From Mobula hypostoma (Eukaryota), in contig NC_086107.1 of NCBI RefSeq assembly GCF_963921235.1, positions 97,032,001-97,096,000 on the forward strand: a stretch of 64,000 nucleotides of DNA, given 5' to 3'. Shown here piece by piece: positions 1-13,680 of the stretch. A model generated the notes under the pieces. That model did no database searches. It worked only from the letters and a program-made list of their open reading frames with translations, and was not told the origin of the DNA. Every line of letters begins with the position of its first letter. Within the stretch, counting starts at the first letter, position 1. The position numbers and the translations under genes were made by a program.

Positions 1-1960
1 GTTGTGAGAATGACACGACTGGCAGATCAGCATTCCTTGGTTTTGATGTTTCAGATGTGATAGAGAGGCAGGTAAGGGAGTCGGAGGGGTTGCATTTCTA
101 ATCAGGGAGAACGTCGCTGTTGCACACACTGAGGACATGCTGCAAGGCCTGTCCACAGGCAATGTCAGTGGTGCTCAATTGGGAAGAGAGAGAGAAAGAG
201 AGAGAGAGTGAGAGAGAAAGGGGGAGAGAGAGAGAGAGAAGGAGAGAGGGAGAGGGAGAGAGAGAGAGGGAGAGAGAAAGAGAGGGAGATAGAGAGGGGG
301 AGAAGGGAAGAGGGGTAGAGCATGAGAGAGACGAGACAGGGGGAGAGGTGGGGAGGGGGGAGAGGGGAAGGGGGAGAGAAAGGGGGAGAAAGAGAGGGGA
401 GGGAGAGTGGGGGAGGGAGGGAGAGAGAGGGGGAGGGAGGGAGAGAGGGAGAGGGGATAGAGGAGGGAGAGAGAGGGAAAGAGAGAGAGATTTGTAGGCA
501 GATTACAGGAAGATGTAAATACAAGAGTTGTTCTAATGGGTGACTTTAACTTCCCCAAATTGCTGGAACCTTTTACTGCAAGAGGCAGCATTTCATGGGT
601 GATTTCAGGAGGGTTTCCTGGAACAGCATGTGAATAATCCCATGGGAGGAGTGGCCATGCTGGACGTGGTGCTGGGAATTAAACCTGGCCAGGTAACTGG
701 CCTTTCAGTAGGAGAATATTTTGAGAACAGAGATCATAACTTAATTTTTAATTAGTTATGAATAAGGGTATGTCTGGACTCGAGGGTATGCAGGAGGCAA
801 CCTGCAAGTATTGTTTATGGGAGAGTGCTGAATTGGGGGGGAGGGCAAATCATGACTCTATTAACCAGGAACTGGGGGAGTTAGTAGGGGGGCAGCTGTT
901 ATCAAGCAAATCCACATCTGTCATGTTAAGGTTGTTTAAAGACCAGCTGATCAGAACACAGAACTAGTGTGTTCTAGTAAGAAGGACCAGGATCACAAGG
1001 CAAGGAAACCCTGCACGATGAGAGAAGTTGTGAGTTCAGTAAAAAAAAACACATATATGTTTAGGGGAAAAAAAAATCAGAGAGGGCCCTTGAGAAATGT
1101 AAAGAATACAGGTGAGAATTCAAGCAGGAGAATAGGAAGTCCCAAAGGGGCCATGAAAATAGGATTAAAGGGAATTCCAGGGCATTTTATGCTTGCATTA
1201 AAAACATGAGGTTATCTAGAGAGAGGATAAGACCAGTCGAGGAAGAATTTGTGCATGGAGTCAGAGGATGTGGATGAGGTACTAAATTGGTGATCACTAA
1301 GAAGGGCAGTGAGGACAATTCAGAACATGCTAATGTGCAAGGGCATTTTGAGATCAAGAGGGTGGTGCTGGATAAATCCCCAAGTCCTGATGAGATCTAT
1401 CCCAGCTTATTAAGAGAGGAGATTGGTGGGTTCTTGATGAAGCTGTTTTGGATCACCACCAGCAACAAATGAGGTCCCAGAGGACTAGGAAGCAGCCAAT
1501 ATTCCCTTTTTCAAAAAGGTTGATCCAGGGAACTTCAGGCCGGTGAGCCTCATTTCTCCTTGTAGGGGTGTCATTGGGAGGATTTTTAGGGATTTATGTA
1601 TATTGGGAACACCATGGCCTGATTAGGGACAATTAGCATGGTTTTTGTACAGGTCATGTCACCTCTTGCAAACTTAATATTTTCTTTTGAGGAGGTGACA
1701 ACCGTGCTTTATGAGGGTAGGACAAAGGATGGTGTTTTTTGTAAGTTATTTTAAGGTTTTTCACAAGGTGGTCCTTCATGGTAGGCTGATCCAGAAGATG
1801 GAATCCACGGTGACTTGGTAGTTTGGATCGGAAATGGCTTGCCTACAGAAGAGAGAAGGGAGGGTAGAAGTGGAAGGGTGTTATAATGGCTGGAGGTCTA
1901 TGATCAGTGGTGTTCTGCAGGGATCAGTGCTGGGACCTCTATTGTTTATGGTAAATATTA
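1..1960 (+). mobile_element. Degenerate CR1 LINE ORF2 remnant (endonuclease to RT)
   Basis: GDFNFP endonuclease motif near 538; DKSPSPD.IYP linker near 1371; SGVLQGSVLGPLLF RT motif near 1905-1950; many stops and frameshifts; interrupted by a GA tract. Confidence 0.85.
182..490. repeat. Purine-rich (GA)n/(GGA)n low-complexity tract
   Basis: Direct reading; accounts for the spurious ER/LS-rich ORFs. Confidence 0.95.
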
Positions 1961-1986
1961 TAAATAAATAAACATACATACATATA

Positions 1987-2061
1987 CTGCCCTGAAACTC
2001 GACCCCTGAACCTCCTGCTCTGAAACTCCTGCCCTGAATCTTCTGCCCTGAAACTCCTGCT
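1987..2061. repeat. Short tandem repeat, about 15-bp unit (ctgccctgaaactc-like), about 5 copies
   Basis: Direct reading; lies at a junction between two CR1 pieces. Confidence 0.8.
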
Positions 2062-2585
2062 GGTAAGACCTCACTTGGAGTACTGTAGCAGTTTTGGGCT
2101 CCTTACTTAAGAAAGGATGTGCTAACGTTGGAGAGGGTACGGAGAAGATTCACTAGAATGATTCCAGGAATGAGAGGGTTAACATATGAGGAACGTTTGT
2201 CCACTCTTGGCCTGTATTCCTTGGAGTTTAGGAGAATGAGGGGGTACCTCATGAAACATTTTGAATGTTGAAAGGCATAGACAGAGTGGATGTAGCAAAG
2301 TTGTTTCCCATGATGGGGGAGTCTAGTACGAGAGGGCATGACTTAAGGATTGAAGGGCGCCCATTCAGAACAGAGATGCAAAGAAATTTTTTTAGCCAGA
2401 GGGTGGTGAATCTATGGAATTTGTTGCCACGGGTGGCAGTGGAGGCCAAATCATTGGGTTTATTTAAGGCAGAGATCGATAGGTATCTGAGTAGCCAGGG
2501 CATCAAAGGTTATGGTGAGAAGGCGGGGCAGTGGGACTAAATAGGAGAATGGATCAGCTCATGATAAAATGGCGGAGCAAACACA
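2061..2585 (+). mobile_element. CR1 LINE 3' end (young subfamily)
   Basis: ORF2 C-terminus ...RGHDLRIEGRPFRTEMQRNFFSQRVVNLWN...; near-identical reverse copy at 62420-63062. Confidence 0.92.
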
Positions 2586-3584
2586 ATGGTTTCTTTCAGT
2601 GTCACAAATTTTCTATAATTCTTTTTTTTTATTACTCTTAACAAAAATTCACACGTAACAGGTAGGGTATAGAGGATTTCAGACCAGGTAGAGGCTGTTA
2701 GAAATTATGGTTAGTACAGGCATGGTGGGCTGAAGGGCCTGTTTCTATATTGTAATGTTCTATATTTATAGGACTTGTATTTCCTTGCAAGAATGAGACT
2801 TATAGTATTGCATGCAGTCCTTCAACCTTGCCAACCCTCAATCTTCAATTAATTCTATATGGCTTCTTTGTTTCATGTACATGTTTCAACGTATTGTGCC
2901 TTTTCATGTCCACTTGTTTAAAAACGTTATTCTTGTTTTTTCATGCACCCTTATATGTATTGATTCCTATTATCCTGCATTAGACATTCACTGTCTGTCA
3001 GCCCAGATTCTACTTCCAGCAATCACTCTGGATTTTTCCTCTGATTGTCAAGCTCCTAAACGTTATCCTCAAAAAACTGCAAAATGACCCAAAATTATAA
3101 TTAATGATATTTGCACCTTGAATCATAATGCTACCAGTCAAAAAAAATCTCCATTTCCCATGCTCTGTGGTTTTCAAGCCTGTCTGCAGTCCCTGTTAGT
3201 ATAAAATCCTCCTCTCCCAGTTTGTCACCCATCCTTTGGACTTCCATACTGTTGCCTTTGGTTGCTTTCCCATTGACTGCATGCTCGATCAATCTGTCTC
3301 TGGTGATAAGATGAAAGACAGAGCATGAAACATTTTAAGGCCTGCTTGTGTGATGTGGGATCCTTCTGTGTAGTGAAATCTGCTTGTCACGTGGATGAAT
3401 ATGACAATGGTTGTAGTGTAATTGAAGAAGTTCTCATGCATTATGGTTCAGGAACAGCCCTCAGGTTCCTTCACCAACTTTAGGACTCACTTTCAAGGAC
3501 CCTACAACTCAGTGTTATCTATCTATCTGTTGTTCCTTTTCGCACATTTTTTTGCTATTTCCTTAGCATTTGTCTGTTCTTATG

Positions 3585-3716
3585 AGGCCAAGTTACTAAC
3601 TCGACACTCAACCCAGCATGGACGGAAAGCGTGCAAGGGGCTGGGCCGGCCGGATTTGAACCCAGGACCATTCGCCTCCAAGTCCGGTGCTGATGTCACT
3701 ACACCACCGGCCAGCT
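3585..3716 (-). mobile_element. tRNA-derived SINE
   Basis: Minus strand has A-box-like TGGTGTAGTGA and B-box GGTTCAAATCC. Confidence 0.7.
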
Positions 3717-3764
3717 GTCTATCTAAACCTAGTCAGCTCTGTTATGGGCAGTAGCCTCTGTAGT

Positions 3765-4372
3765 ATCAAGGAGTGATGCCTCAAAGAGGCATTGTCCATC
3801 ATTAAGGACCCCATCACCCAGGTCATGCCTTGTTCTCATTGCTACCATCAGGGAGCAGGTGCAGGAGCCTGAAGACACACACTCAATGATTCAGGAACAG
3901 CTTCTTCCCCTCTGTCATCCGATTTCTGAATGGACATTGAACCCATGAACACCAACTCATTACTTTGTTATGTCTTATTTTGCACCGCTTACGTAACTTA
4001 GTTATTTAATATATATTTATAAGAAATTACTGTAATTCAGGTTTTTCTCCATTGTGATGTATTGCATTGAACTGCTGCTGCAAAGTCAACAAATTTCAGG
4101 ACATATGCCGGTGATATTAAACCTGATTCTGATTCTGTCTGTCTGTCTACCTATCTATCTATATATCTATCTATCTACCATCTATATATCTATCTGCAAA
4201 ATTTGTCTTCTTTTGCACATTGTTGTTTATTGGTCTTTGTTTCTATAGAGCTTTCATAAATTCTATTGTATTTCCTTTATCTTCCTGTAAATGCCCGCAA
4301 GAAAATGAATCTCTGGGTAGTACAGTATATGGTGACATATATGTACTTTGATAATACATTTACTTTGAATTT
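3765..4372 (+). mobile_element. Rex1/Babar-type LINE 3' end remnants
   Basis: Similar to the minus-strand copy at 12945-13680 (SIIKDP...FFPS); (GATTCT)n tail near 4125-4135; second tail near 4360. Confidence 0.7.
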
Positions 4373-4639
4373 GATCACTGCAAACTATTTTATCAAGTAA
4401 GCAAAGGTCAATTTGCTCTTTGCCATTTTACATATTCAGGCATCGAAACTCACCGTCCAATGGAATAATTCTTAGCTTTGAATGGCAAGCCTCTTCCCCA
4501 CACTGAAGCTGATGGACGGGACAACAGAGTTGCAGAGTACAAGAGATGGCCCATGTGATAATATATTTTTGCACCGTCGCCTAATGATTAAATACTCCCC
4601 TGCAAAAGGTCAACAATTCTTGTCCGGTTATAATGTAGG

Positions 4640-4812
4640 ATTGGTGGGCTGGAGGTACGTCTCTACCAAAGGAGGTGTAAGGCACACCCTCCCTCCACTT
4701 GCCCGCAGGTGACACTTTGGCAAGGTGTAGCACCTGCTTAGCACCCACCCTCCCCCGGGTCAGGGTCACATGAAGCCACGGGAGGAGGTGGTGGATGGTT
4801 GTCTGAGCAGCT
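4640..4812 (+). mobile_element. Interspersed SINE-like repeat
   Basis: Same sequence recurs at 49090-49430 (+) and 25690-26100 (-). Confidence 0.7.
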
Positions 4813-5004
4813 GCTGCTGCTGATGAGAACCAGAGCTATATTCTGGCACCCTGATACACCCTGGGTCCAGTCATAGTACCAGCGTTGGACTCTTCCCCAC
4901 GCTTTACACCAAACATCAACTCAATAACCAGCGTTCATGTCGCCCCTTTACAATGATTGTCCCATCGTGCTTTACAGGAGATTTATCGAGGAAAGTTTGA
5001 CTTT

Positions 5005-5730
5005 TTAAGATTCATTTATGGGATGTGGGCATCACCAGCATTTATTGCCCATCTCTAATTGCCCTTGAGAAGGTGGTGATGAGCTGCCTTCTCGAACCGC
5101 TGCAGTCCCTGAGGTGTGGGTACTCCCACAGTGCTGTTAGGGAGGGAATTCCATGATTTTGACCCAGCGACTATGAAGGAACGGTGATATGTTTCCAAGT
5201 CAGGATGGTGAGTGGAGGGGGATCTCCAAGTGGTGGTGTTCCCGGGTATCTGCTGTTCTCGTCCTTCTAGATGGTGGTGGTCGTGGGCCTGGAAGGTGCT
5301 GACTTAGGAACTTTGGTGTGTTGTTGCAATGCATCTTGTAGACAGTACACACTGCTGCAACTGTTCATCGATGGTGGAGGGACTGGATTCTTGTGGAAGA
5401 GGTACCAATCAAGTGGGCTGCCTTGTACTGGATGGTGTCAAACTTCTCAAGTGTGATGGAGCTGAACTCATCCAGGCGAGTGACGAGTATTCCATTACAC
5501 TCCTGACCTGAACCTTGTAGATGGTGGACAGGCTTTGGGGGGGGGGGGGTCGGGAGGTAAGTTACACACCACAGGATTCCTAGCCTTTGACCTGCTCTTG
5601 TAAGCCATGGTGTTTATATGGCCAGATCAGTTCAGTGTCCTGTCAATGGTAGGGGATGTTGATAGTTGAAAGTAGGGGATTCAGTGATGGTGACGCCACT
5701 GAATATAAAGGGGCGATGGGAATATTAGGT
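5005..5730 (-). mobile_element. LINE 3' remnant (CR1/L2 group)
   Basis: Degenerate RT C-terminus on the minus strand, ending in a 3' UTR with AATAAA. Confidence 0.6.
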
Positions 5731-5786
5731 CAGGGACAATAATTGAAGTCCAGCAAAGTGTTTTAAAGAGAGTCTTGCAGAAAAAA

Positions 5787-5794
5787 GAGAGGGG

Positions 5795-5841
<47 letters not shown>

Positions 5842-5905
5842 GGGAGGGAGAGAGAGAGAGAGAGAGAGATGGGGAGAAAGAGAGAAAAGAAAAAAAAAGA
5901 GAAAA
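5787..5905. repeat. (GA)n microsatellite
   Basis: Direct reading. Confidence 0.95.
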
Positions 5906-7054
5906 TGAGAATACGCTAGAGGCAGCAAAAAGAGCACAAAACCAGAATTGGTAGAGAATAGATCTTGTGGATGTTGGCAGGACTGGATGAGAGTACTGAA
6001 GGGCGAGGCCAAGGAAGGAATTGAATGCAATGTGGTGAGAGTTAGTCTGCAGACAGACATTTTGGGTGAGCTCCAGGTTACAGAGTAGAAAGGGGCAGAT
6101 CACTTAGAGGTGTGTTGGAATTATCATCTGGGAGAACAAAAGGAAGGCATGAGGGTTCTGGGAGCAGTTGTAAGGAAGGGATCCAGCAGTGGAATAAACT
6201 ACCCTGCAATGCATCAGAATCCAGCTGTGACTCTGTGCTTCTCATAAACAAGTGATTCTAAAATCATGCTACAGTGACCACTTCCTCCACATCTCACCCT
6301 TCACCACTTCCGTGTCTGACGTTGCACCTCTGAGCCACAAATAAACCACCACGCTTCAGATCTTAATTCACCTCTGCGAAGCGCAGCTGGCTTCTGGGGA
6401 AATGGGACTCTCGGCTCCTTTCACTGTGATTCTGCTCCGCAGCCCACTCCCATGTGGGCTCTCTGTCTCAGCTTCCGTACTGACACACCACCGACCCCCC
6501 CTGCTCTTTCAGGCTCTGGGATTTTCCCATTACACAGAGGAGATACACATCAATGGTACCCACCAGTGTGGGGCAAAGACAGAAATGATTCATGAGAGAT
6601 ATATGGGTGTGTGTCTGTGTTGGAGTGGGGGAGGGTGCTTTGATGAGATTTACTGTAAAAGAAACTAAGTAATGAATTGATCCTAGATATCGCAGGCCGC
6701 AGGATTACACAAGACACTCGTGCATTCTTGTTCTTTCTCAAATTAACACTGTCAGTGGGTAACTTTCTCAACTCTGAGTCAGAAGCTTTGCAGGGTTCTA
6801 GCTCTAATCATATATAAGGGACGGAGTTGGTTATGTGCCTCCCTAAACTTCCACCATCACTGATCTGATCTTGAAGGGCCTTGTTCCACCCTGGAGCCTG
6901 ATAATAAATAAATAAACAAACAAACAAAGAAATGCATTTGTAGCTGCCCAGGAACTTCCCTGTAAGCCATTGAGTTGCAACAGGAAGCTGAAATATCTGG
7001 GGTTAGTTCATGGTGAGAACTGCACACGCGCACGCACATGCACACAAACAAACA

Positions 7055-7608
7055 AACTCAGTGGTCACTTCATTAAGTATTCTCCTGTACCTAATAAAGT
7101 GGCCACTGGGTGTACGTTTGTGGTCTTCTGCTGCTGTGGCCTATCTTCTTCAAGGTTCGAATTGTGCGTTCAGAGATGCTTTTCTGCACACCACCGTTGT
7201 GATGCGCGGTCACTGAGTTACCGTCGCCTTCCTGTCAGCTTCAACCAGTCTGGCCATTCTCCTCTGACTTCTCTCAGTCATAAAGAGTTTTCACCCGCAG
7301 AACTGCAGATCACTGGATGTTTTTCTCATTTTTTGCGCCATTCTCTGTAAACTCGAGAGATTGTTGTGCATGAAAACCCCAGGTGATCAGCAGTTTCTGA
7401 GAAATTCAAACCACCCCATCTGGCACCAACAATACGTCCACAGTCAAAGTCACTTAGATCACATTTCATCCCCATCTGATGTTTGGCCTGAACCGAATCT
7501 CTTACCCATGTCTGCATACTTTTATGTATTGAGTTACTGCCGTGTGATTGGTTGATTAGATATTTTCATTAACAGGCAGGTGTAGAGGTGCAAAGTGGCC
7601 ACTGGGTA
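7055..7608 (-). mobile_element. Non-autonomous Tc1/mariner element
   Basis: TIRs cactcagtggccacttt-like; transposase N-terminal HTH remnant MGMKCDLSDFDCGRIVGARWGGLNFSETADHLGFSCTTISRVYREW. Confidence 0.85.
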
Positions 7609-8224
7609 TATTCAGCGATTCTGTCTTCACTGCTTCGGGTGTACAAAATACCGAAGATTCATGATCCCCTGGAAGTCAAAAATCATCCTTATCTCTGCAA
7701 TAAATGGATGAACCCTTATTTTGAATCCGCGACTCCAAATTCTAGATAAGCTCTACTAAGAGCACCCAGCTCTCATAACCTTTAAGATTTTTCTTCTCTT
7801 GCGTTACCTTTCGTTCTTTTAAACAAAACTCACCACTATCACCTTTTGGATGAGACAATGATGCCCCATCTATTCCTGCAGATCTGAAAGCAAGTCAAAA
7901 CAAAAATAAGTTGCTGGTGAACGCAGCAGGCCAAGTGGCACCTATAGGAAGATGCTGCCTGGCCTGCTGCGTTCACCAGCAACTTTGATGTATGTTGCTT
8001 GAATTTCCAGCATCTGCAGAATTCCTGTTGTTTGCAAAACAAAAATAATCTTCTTTTTAATGGAAATGGAGTCCCAAAGAGTGGCACTACGTTGCAGCAG
8101 CTGAGGCTGCTTCCTCACAGCTCCGGAAATCCTGATCCCTGGTTCTTCCTGTTTCCACCTTATCTTCTGGGCAGCTGAGTTCTTCTTGGGTGATCCAGTT
8201 TCCTCCTACATTCCAATAGTCCAG

Positions 8225-8775
8225 TCAAATCAAGTTTACAGTCATTTAACAACATACATGTATACTGCCAAACGAGATATCGTTTCTCTGAAACTGGGTG
8301 AAAGGCACAGTAGTACACATTACGCACTATAACTTATTAAAGTAAGAACAAAATCTACAGATGAATCACACATAAGTAACCAACTAGTGCATCAATTAAA
8401 TATTGTAGGGTACAGAGCAGATTAACCAGTGACTCTTCGAATACGATGTGGCCGGGACTTCAGAAACCTAATGGCCTGAGGGAAGAAACTGTTTCTCATC
8501 CTGACCGTTCTTGTTTTTATGCATCGGAGTCTCCTGTCTGATGGTAGAAAATCCAGGAGGATGATGGATGGGTGGGTGGGATCGTTAATAATACTGAGGG
8601 CCCTGTGTACGCAGCGCTCCTGACAAATGTCCCCAATGGATGGTAGGGAGATTGCCTGTGGTCCTCTAGGCCATTCTCACAGTACTTTGCAGGGACTTCC
8701 GGTCCGATGCTTGGCTGCTCCCAGACCAGATAGAGATGCAGCTTGTCAGGACGCTATCACTGGTGCTCTCGTAAA
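8225..8775 (-). mobile_element. Rex1/Babar-type LINE 3' remnant
   Basis: Degenerate C-terminus (SFFPQAIR) and (TTGA)-type tail on the minus strand. Confidence 0.6.
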
Positions 8776-8984
8776 ACGCAGTTTAGATGGGGGGGGGGAG
8801 TATAGCGGATGCAGTCGCCCACTTGCCGACTGGGTGGCAGGAGAATCAGGGATAGTTGATGGGTATAGGAAAGAGAGAAGGTTACAGTGAAGTGTAGAAG
8901 AATGAGACAGCTCTGAGATAAAGCATTGGCCTGATGGGCCAAGCAGCCTCCCCTCAGCTGTAAGAAAATAAGCGAATAATATGT

Positions 8985-9975
8985 ATAGATGCATAGAGTT
9001 GTGCAGGATTGAAACAGGCTTTTTGGCCTAACTCATTCACAATAATCAAGGTATCCATTCCATTTTCCTGCTTTTGGCCCATAACTTTTCTAATTCACAT
9101 ACCTGCCCAAATGTCTTTTAAATGATACAACTGGACAAACTTCTACCGCTTCCTTTGGCAGCTTGTTCCTTATACCCATCACCCTCCGTGTTAAAAACTT
9201 GCTCCTTAAATCCGTTTGAAACTTTCCCCTCTCACCTTAAATCTGTGCCTTTTAGTTTTAGACTTCCCTGTACTAAGAAAACGACTGCAACCACTTACCT
9301 TTTTGATATCCCTCACAATTTTAACATCAAAGTCAAATTCTTCAGAATATTCAACCTCTATTAACTTCTTTAAGGTCACCACTCAGCCTCCTTTGCTTCA
9401 GGGAAAACAGTCTTCATCACCATAATCTCTCATTACTTTCAAGTCCTCCAATCTACGCATCATCCCTGTGAATCTTTGTATTTATTTTTTGCGATACAGC
9501 ACCGAATAGGCTCTTCCAGCCCTTCGAGCCGCGTCACCCAGCAACACGGTTTAAGCTTAGCCTACTTACACCAATCAGCCTATTTAAAGGCCTTTGGACT
9601 GCGGGAGGAAACCAGAGGAAACCCACGCGGTCATGGGGGGAGAGTGTACAAACGCTGTAAGAAACTCCTTACAGGCAGTGGTGGGAATTGAACCTGGGTC
9701 GCTGGGACTGTAAAGCGTTGTGCTGACCACTACGTCACCGTGCCGCCTTTGATAAGGGGCGAATCCTTTCTGCACCTTATCACATCCTTGGCGACAGGAC
9801 CTTTGCACAATCCTCCAAATGCGGTCTAACCAACGACTTGTACAATATGAGCATGACTTTCCAACGCATATGATCAATGCCTTAGCCAATGAAGACAAGC
9901 ATCCCATACATCTTCTTCACCATTCTGTCTATCTATATAGCCATTTTTAGGGAAATGCAAACTTGTACCCTCACC
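8985..9975 (-). mobile_element. Old CR1 3' remnant interrupted by a SINE
   Basis: CR1 3'-end similarity on both sides of 9480-9747. Confidence 0.65.
9480..9747 (-). mobile_element. tRNA-headed SINE
   Basis: Head GGCGGCACGGTGACGTAGTGG...GGTTCAATTCC; homologous copy at 47225-47505. Confidence 0.8.
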
Positions 9976-11015
9976 TATTTTCCCAATTGATGTAAATCCT
10001 GCCTTCAACAGCCTCCTTTACTCTCTACTGGACTGCTGATTGTGGTGTTGTCTGCATCCTTATTAACTGCGTCACCTCTGTTCAGGGGAATCACTAATCA
10101 GTATGGAGAACAAATAAGGAACCCAACACCAATCCCAGACACAGCGGGTTCTGCAGGTGCTGGAAATCTTGAGCAACTCACAGAAAATTCTGGAGAAGCT
10201 ATGCAGGTCAGGCAGCATTTATGGAAGGAAATGAACAGTCAACGTTTCGAGCCATTTCCCTCTGTAGATGCTGCCTGACCTGCTGAGTTTCTCTAGCACT
10301 GCTCAATGCCAAATCCCTGTGGCGTACCATGTGTCCAATCTGAAAAAGTGACCCTCTACTACCACCCTCTGGTCTCCTAGCCCCAAGTCAATTTTGTATC
10401 CAATTCACCTTGGATATTGAGGAGACTACATTGCGAACTGAATCCATTTGGATTCCTGGGTGAGAAGGTCTTTAAATGGTAGTTTTTGGATGTCTGGTTA
10501 TATGAGACCTCTCCACCTTGGTGCAAACAGTATAGCAGGGAACTCACGCTGTCATCCTGCTAAGAGTTCAGAAGAATCGCTGATGCTCCCTGAACACTAT
10601 ACGTTACACGATGGATATTAAACTTATACACTCCCAGACATGTTGTCTTTCCAACAGAATGAAATACTCTCAGATGCAAACTTACATAATATCACCCTCC
10701 CTTGTGCATCCATCCAGGCACTGTTACACACAATCTCACTTCGCGCATAGACACACAACGGCCTCACGTGCTCAGCCTCTCAAACTGTCAAGAATAATCC
10801 TTTTTATTTATAATCTCTCACACACACTTCATCGCATGCACAATCCTCTCTCCCTAACACAATGTTATACACACGAAAAAACCCTCGTACACACATATTC
10901 TCCTTACACACCCCTCTCAGATGCACACTCATTCACATGCACTTCCACGCCTGCCCAAAAACTCTCACACAAGTATTTAGACAGGCGAATATCCTCTCAC
11001 ACAATTGTATGCATA

Positions 11016-11568
11016 CACTCAGTGGCCGCTTTATTAGGTACACCTGCACACTGTTTGTTAATGCAAGTATCTAATCAGCCAATGATTTTGCAGCAACTCA
11101 GTGTATAAAAGCATGCAGACCTGGTGAAGAGGTTCAGTTCTTGTTCAGACAAGACATCAGAATGGAGAAGAAATGTGATCTATGTGACTTTTTCTATGGA
11201 AGGATTATCGGTGGTTTGAGTATCTCAGAAACTGCTGATCTCCTGGGATTTTCCCAAACAACAGTCTCTGGAGTTTACAGAGAATGGTGCAAAAAACAAA
11301 AAAAAAATCCAGTGAGTGGCAGTTCTGTGGGTGAAAACACCTTATTAATGAGAGAAGTCAGAGGAGAATGGCCAGACTGATTGAAACTGATAAGAAGGTG
11401 ATAGTAACTCAAATAACAGCATTTACGACATGGTGTGCAGAAGAGTAACTGATTGTACAACACATTGAACCTTGAAGTGGATGGGCTACAGCAGCAGTAG
11501 ACCATGAACATACACTTAGTGTCCACGTTATTAGGTAGAGGAGGTAGCTAATAAAGTGGCCACTAAAT
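11016..11568 (+). mobile_element. Non-autonomous Tc1/mariner element
   Basis: TA + cactcagtggcc TIR; MEKKCDLCDF...GLSISETADLLGFSQTTVSGVYREW. Confidence 0.85.
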
Positions 11569-11769
11569 ATACTTTTCAAAACTTTTCCATGCATTTAAAT
11601 GTACACTTACTCATACACACGCTCATTCATATCCCAGCGCATATACACACACTCACATTCATTATACTCCTCAGATACACACTCCTAAAATTATTCGCTC
11701 ACACGCAAAACATACAGAAAAATTTAAATTCTCAAGTAAGCTGAAACACACACGTGGATTCACATATAC

Positions 11770-11911
11770 TCAGGGAAACACACAAACTCTCACACATACT
11801 CACACACACACACACACTCACACTCACATACACACACACACACAGACATACACTTACAAACACACACACAAACTCACACACCTACACTCACACACACATA
11901 CATTCACACAC

Positions 11912-11949
<38 letters not shown>

Positions 11950-11950
11950 C
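11770..11950. repeat. (CA)n-rich microsatellite
   Basis: Direct reading. Confidence 0.95.
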
Positions 11951-12298
11951 ATGGATTTATACATACAAGTATGTGCATACTCAAAATTACATATAGTTAT
12001 ATCTATACAGATACACATATCTTCGCAAACACATGTTCCATTACACAAAGTATAGTTACAGATTCCAGCTGAGGTCATGCTGAAGTGATCAGAAGTCAGA
12101 TCCCTGAGCTGAATTCTTTCCCTAATATTGTCATATTAAAGTATCCAGTTGACCCTGACCATAGGAGAGGGTCAGTCTGCCAAAGACCATTGGGCACAGA
12201 GCAAGTTCCTCTCAGAGTTACCACAATCTTTGGACATCCCCTCAGCAGGTTAACAGTTACAGTGAGAGCTCTGAGCAAACTTATTCCTACATTCCTAC

Positions 12299-12380
12299 CT
12301 GTGCCTGTTTCAATACATTCCAAGGACAGCAAATCCTCTTCATAACCTTGAGGACACATTTCTTTTCGGTGAAGCGCCGG
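12299..12380 (-). CDS. Candidate coding exon, Cys-containing (PALHRKEMCPQGYEEDLLSLECIETGT)
   Basis: Pyrimidine-rich acceptor cttccctcaataccctgcAG; donor AG|GTAGG; open frame; non-repeat context; no recognised homolog. Confidence 0.35.
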
Positions 12381-12458
12381 CTGCAGGGTATTGAGGGAAG
12401 ATGACTTGACGGATTTTTAACTCTCTCTGGGGTTTGAGCTCTGATACCAATGACTTAC

Positions 12459-12532
12459 CCTTCCTTCCCCGCAATCTGTGCTAAGGCGATGATTGGTGAA
12501 CACGTTGCAATCACATTGAGGAAGTGGAGTCA
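12459..12532 (-). CDS. Candidate coding exon (TPLPQCDCNVFTNHRLSTDCGEGR)
   Basis: Acceptor ttttttttaacttttcaaAG; donor GG|GTAAGT; phase-compatible with 12299-12380 across a 78-bp intron. Confidence 0.35.
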
Positions 12533-12944
12533 CTTTGAAAAGTTAAAAAAAAGTTTCTACAGCAGCGCCCATTAACACCACAGCTTTAACTTTGCAAAAC
12601 ATCCCTTTACAAGCTCTCACAATGAGCCATACATGGAGAGAGCTGGGGCAGGTGATGTTAAGTGTGGGTAAAGCTCTGTCTTTCAAGGAGCCTGACTGGA
12701 CACAAGTACAGAAGGTGGGAGGTCTGTTACCTCACCTGAATTACTAGTGAAATCAAGATTGGCAGAGAGTCACTAGAAATTAATGCAAAGAGCTGAAAAA
12801 AATTAGAACAACATTAAATAAGAAGTAATTTCTTTCAATTATTTTTATTATTTATTATTAACAAAATTATGAAAGGTAGAAATAAAAGAGCTTGTTGGAA
12901 GAGCTAGTAATATATAAAAGCCAAACCAGCTTTAATAGAGCTGG

Positions 12945-13680
12945 CATATGTCATGAAATTTGTTGATTTTGTGGCAGCAGTACAATGCAATACATAATAA
13001 TAGAGGAAACAACTGTGAATTACAGTAAATATACAGTAAGTATGTGTATTAAATAGTTAAACTAAATAATTAGTGCAAAAATAGAAATATAAAAAGTAGT
13101 GAGGTAGTGTTCACGGGTTCAATGTCCATTCAGAAATCAGATGGCAGAGGGGAAGAAGCTGTCCCTCAATAGTTGAGTGTGAGCCTTCAGACTTCTGTAC
13201 CTCCTTCCTGATGGTAGCAATGAGAAGAGGGCTTCTCCTGGGTGATGGGGTCCTTGATGATGGATGCTGCCTTTTTGAGGTATTCCTCCTTGACGATGTC
13301 CCTGATAGTATGGAGGCTGGTGGCCATGATGGAGCTGACTAAGTTTAGAACTCTGCAGTTTACTTCAATCCTGCGTAGTAGCCCCACTCACCAGAAGGTG
13401 ACGCAGCCAGAGTGAATGCTTTCCAGGGTACATCTGTAGAAACGTGCGAGTACTTTTGGTGACATGTCAAATCTCTTCAAGCTCCTAATGCAACATGGCT
13501 GCTGTCGTGCCTCCTTTGTAGCTGCATCGGTATGTGGGGTCCAGGTTAGATCCTCAGAGACATTGACACCCAGTAATTTGAAACTGCTCACTCTTTCCAC
13601 TTCTGATCCCTCTATGAGGATTGGTGTGTGTTCCCTCATCTTACCCTTTCTGAAGTCCACAATCAGTTCTTTGGTCTTAC
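12945..13680 (-). mobile_element. Rex1/Babar LINE 3' portion
   Basis: ORF MDFRKGKMREHTPILIEGSEVERVSSFKLLGVNVSEDLTW... typical of the Rex1 RT C-terminal domain. Confidence 0.85.
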
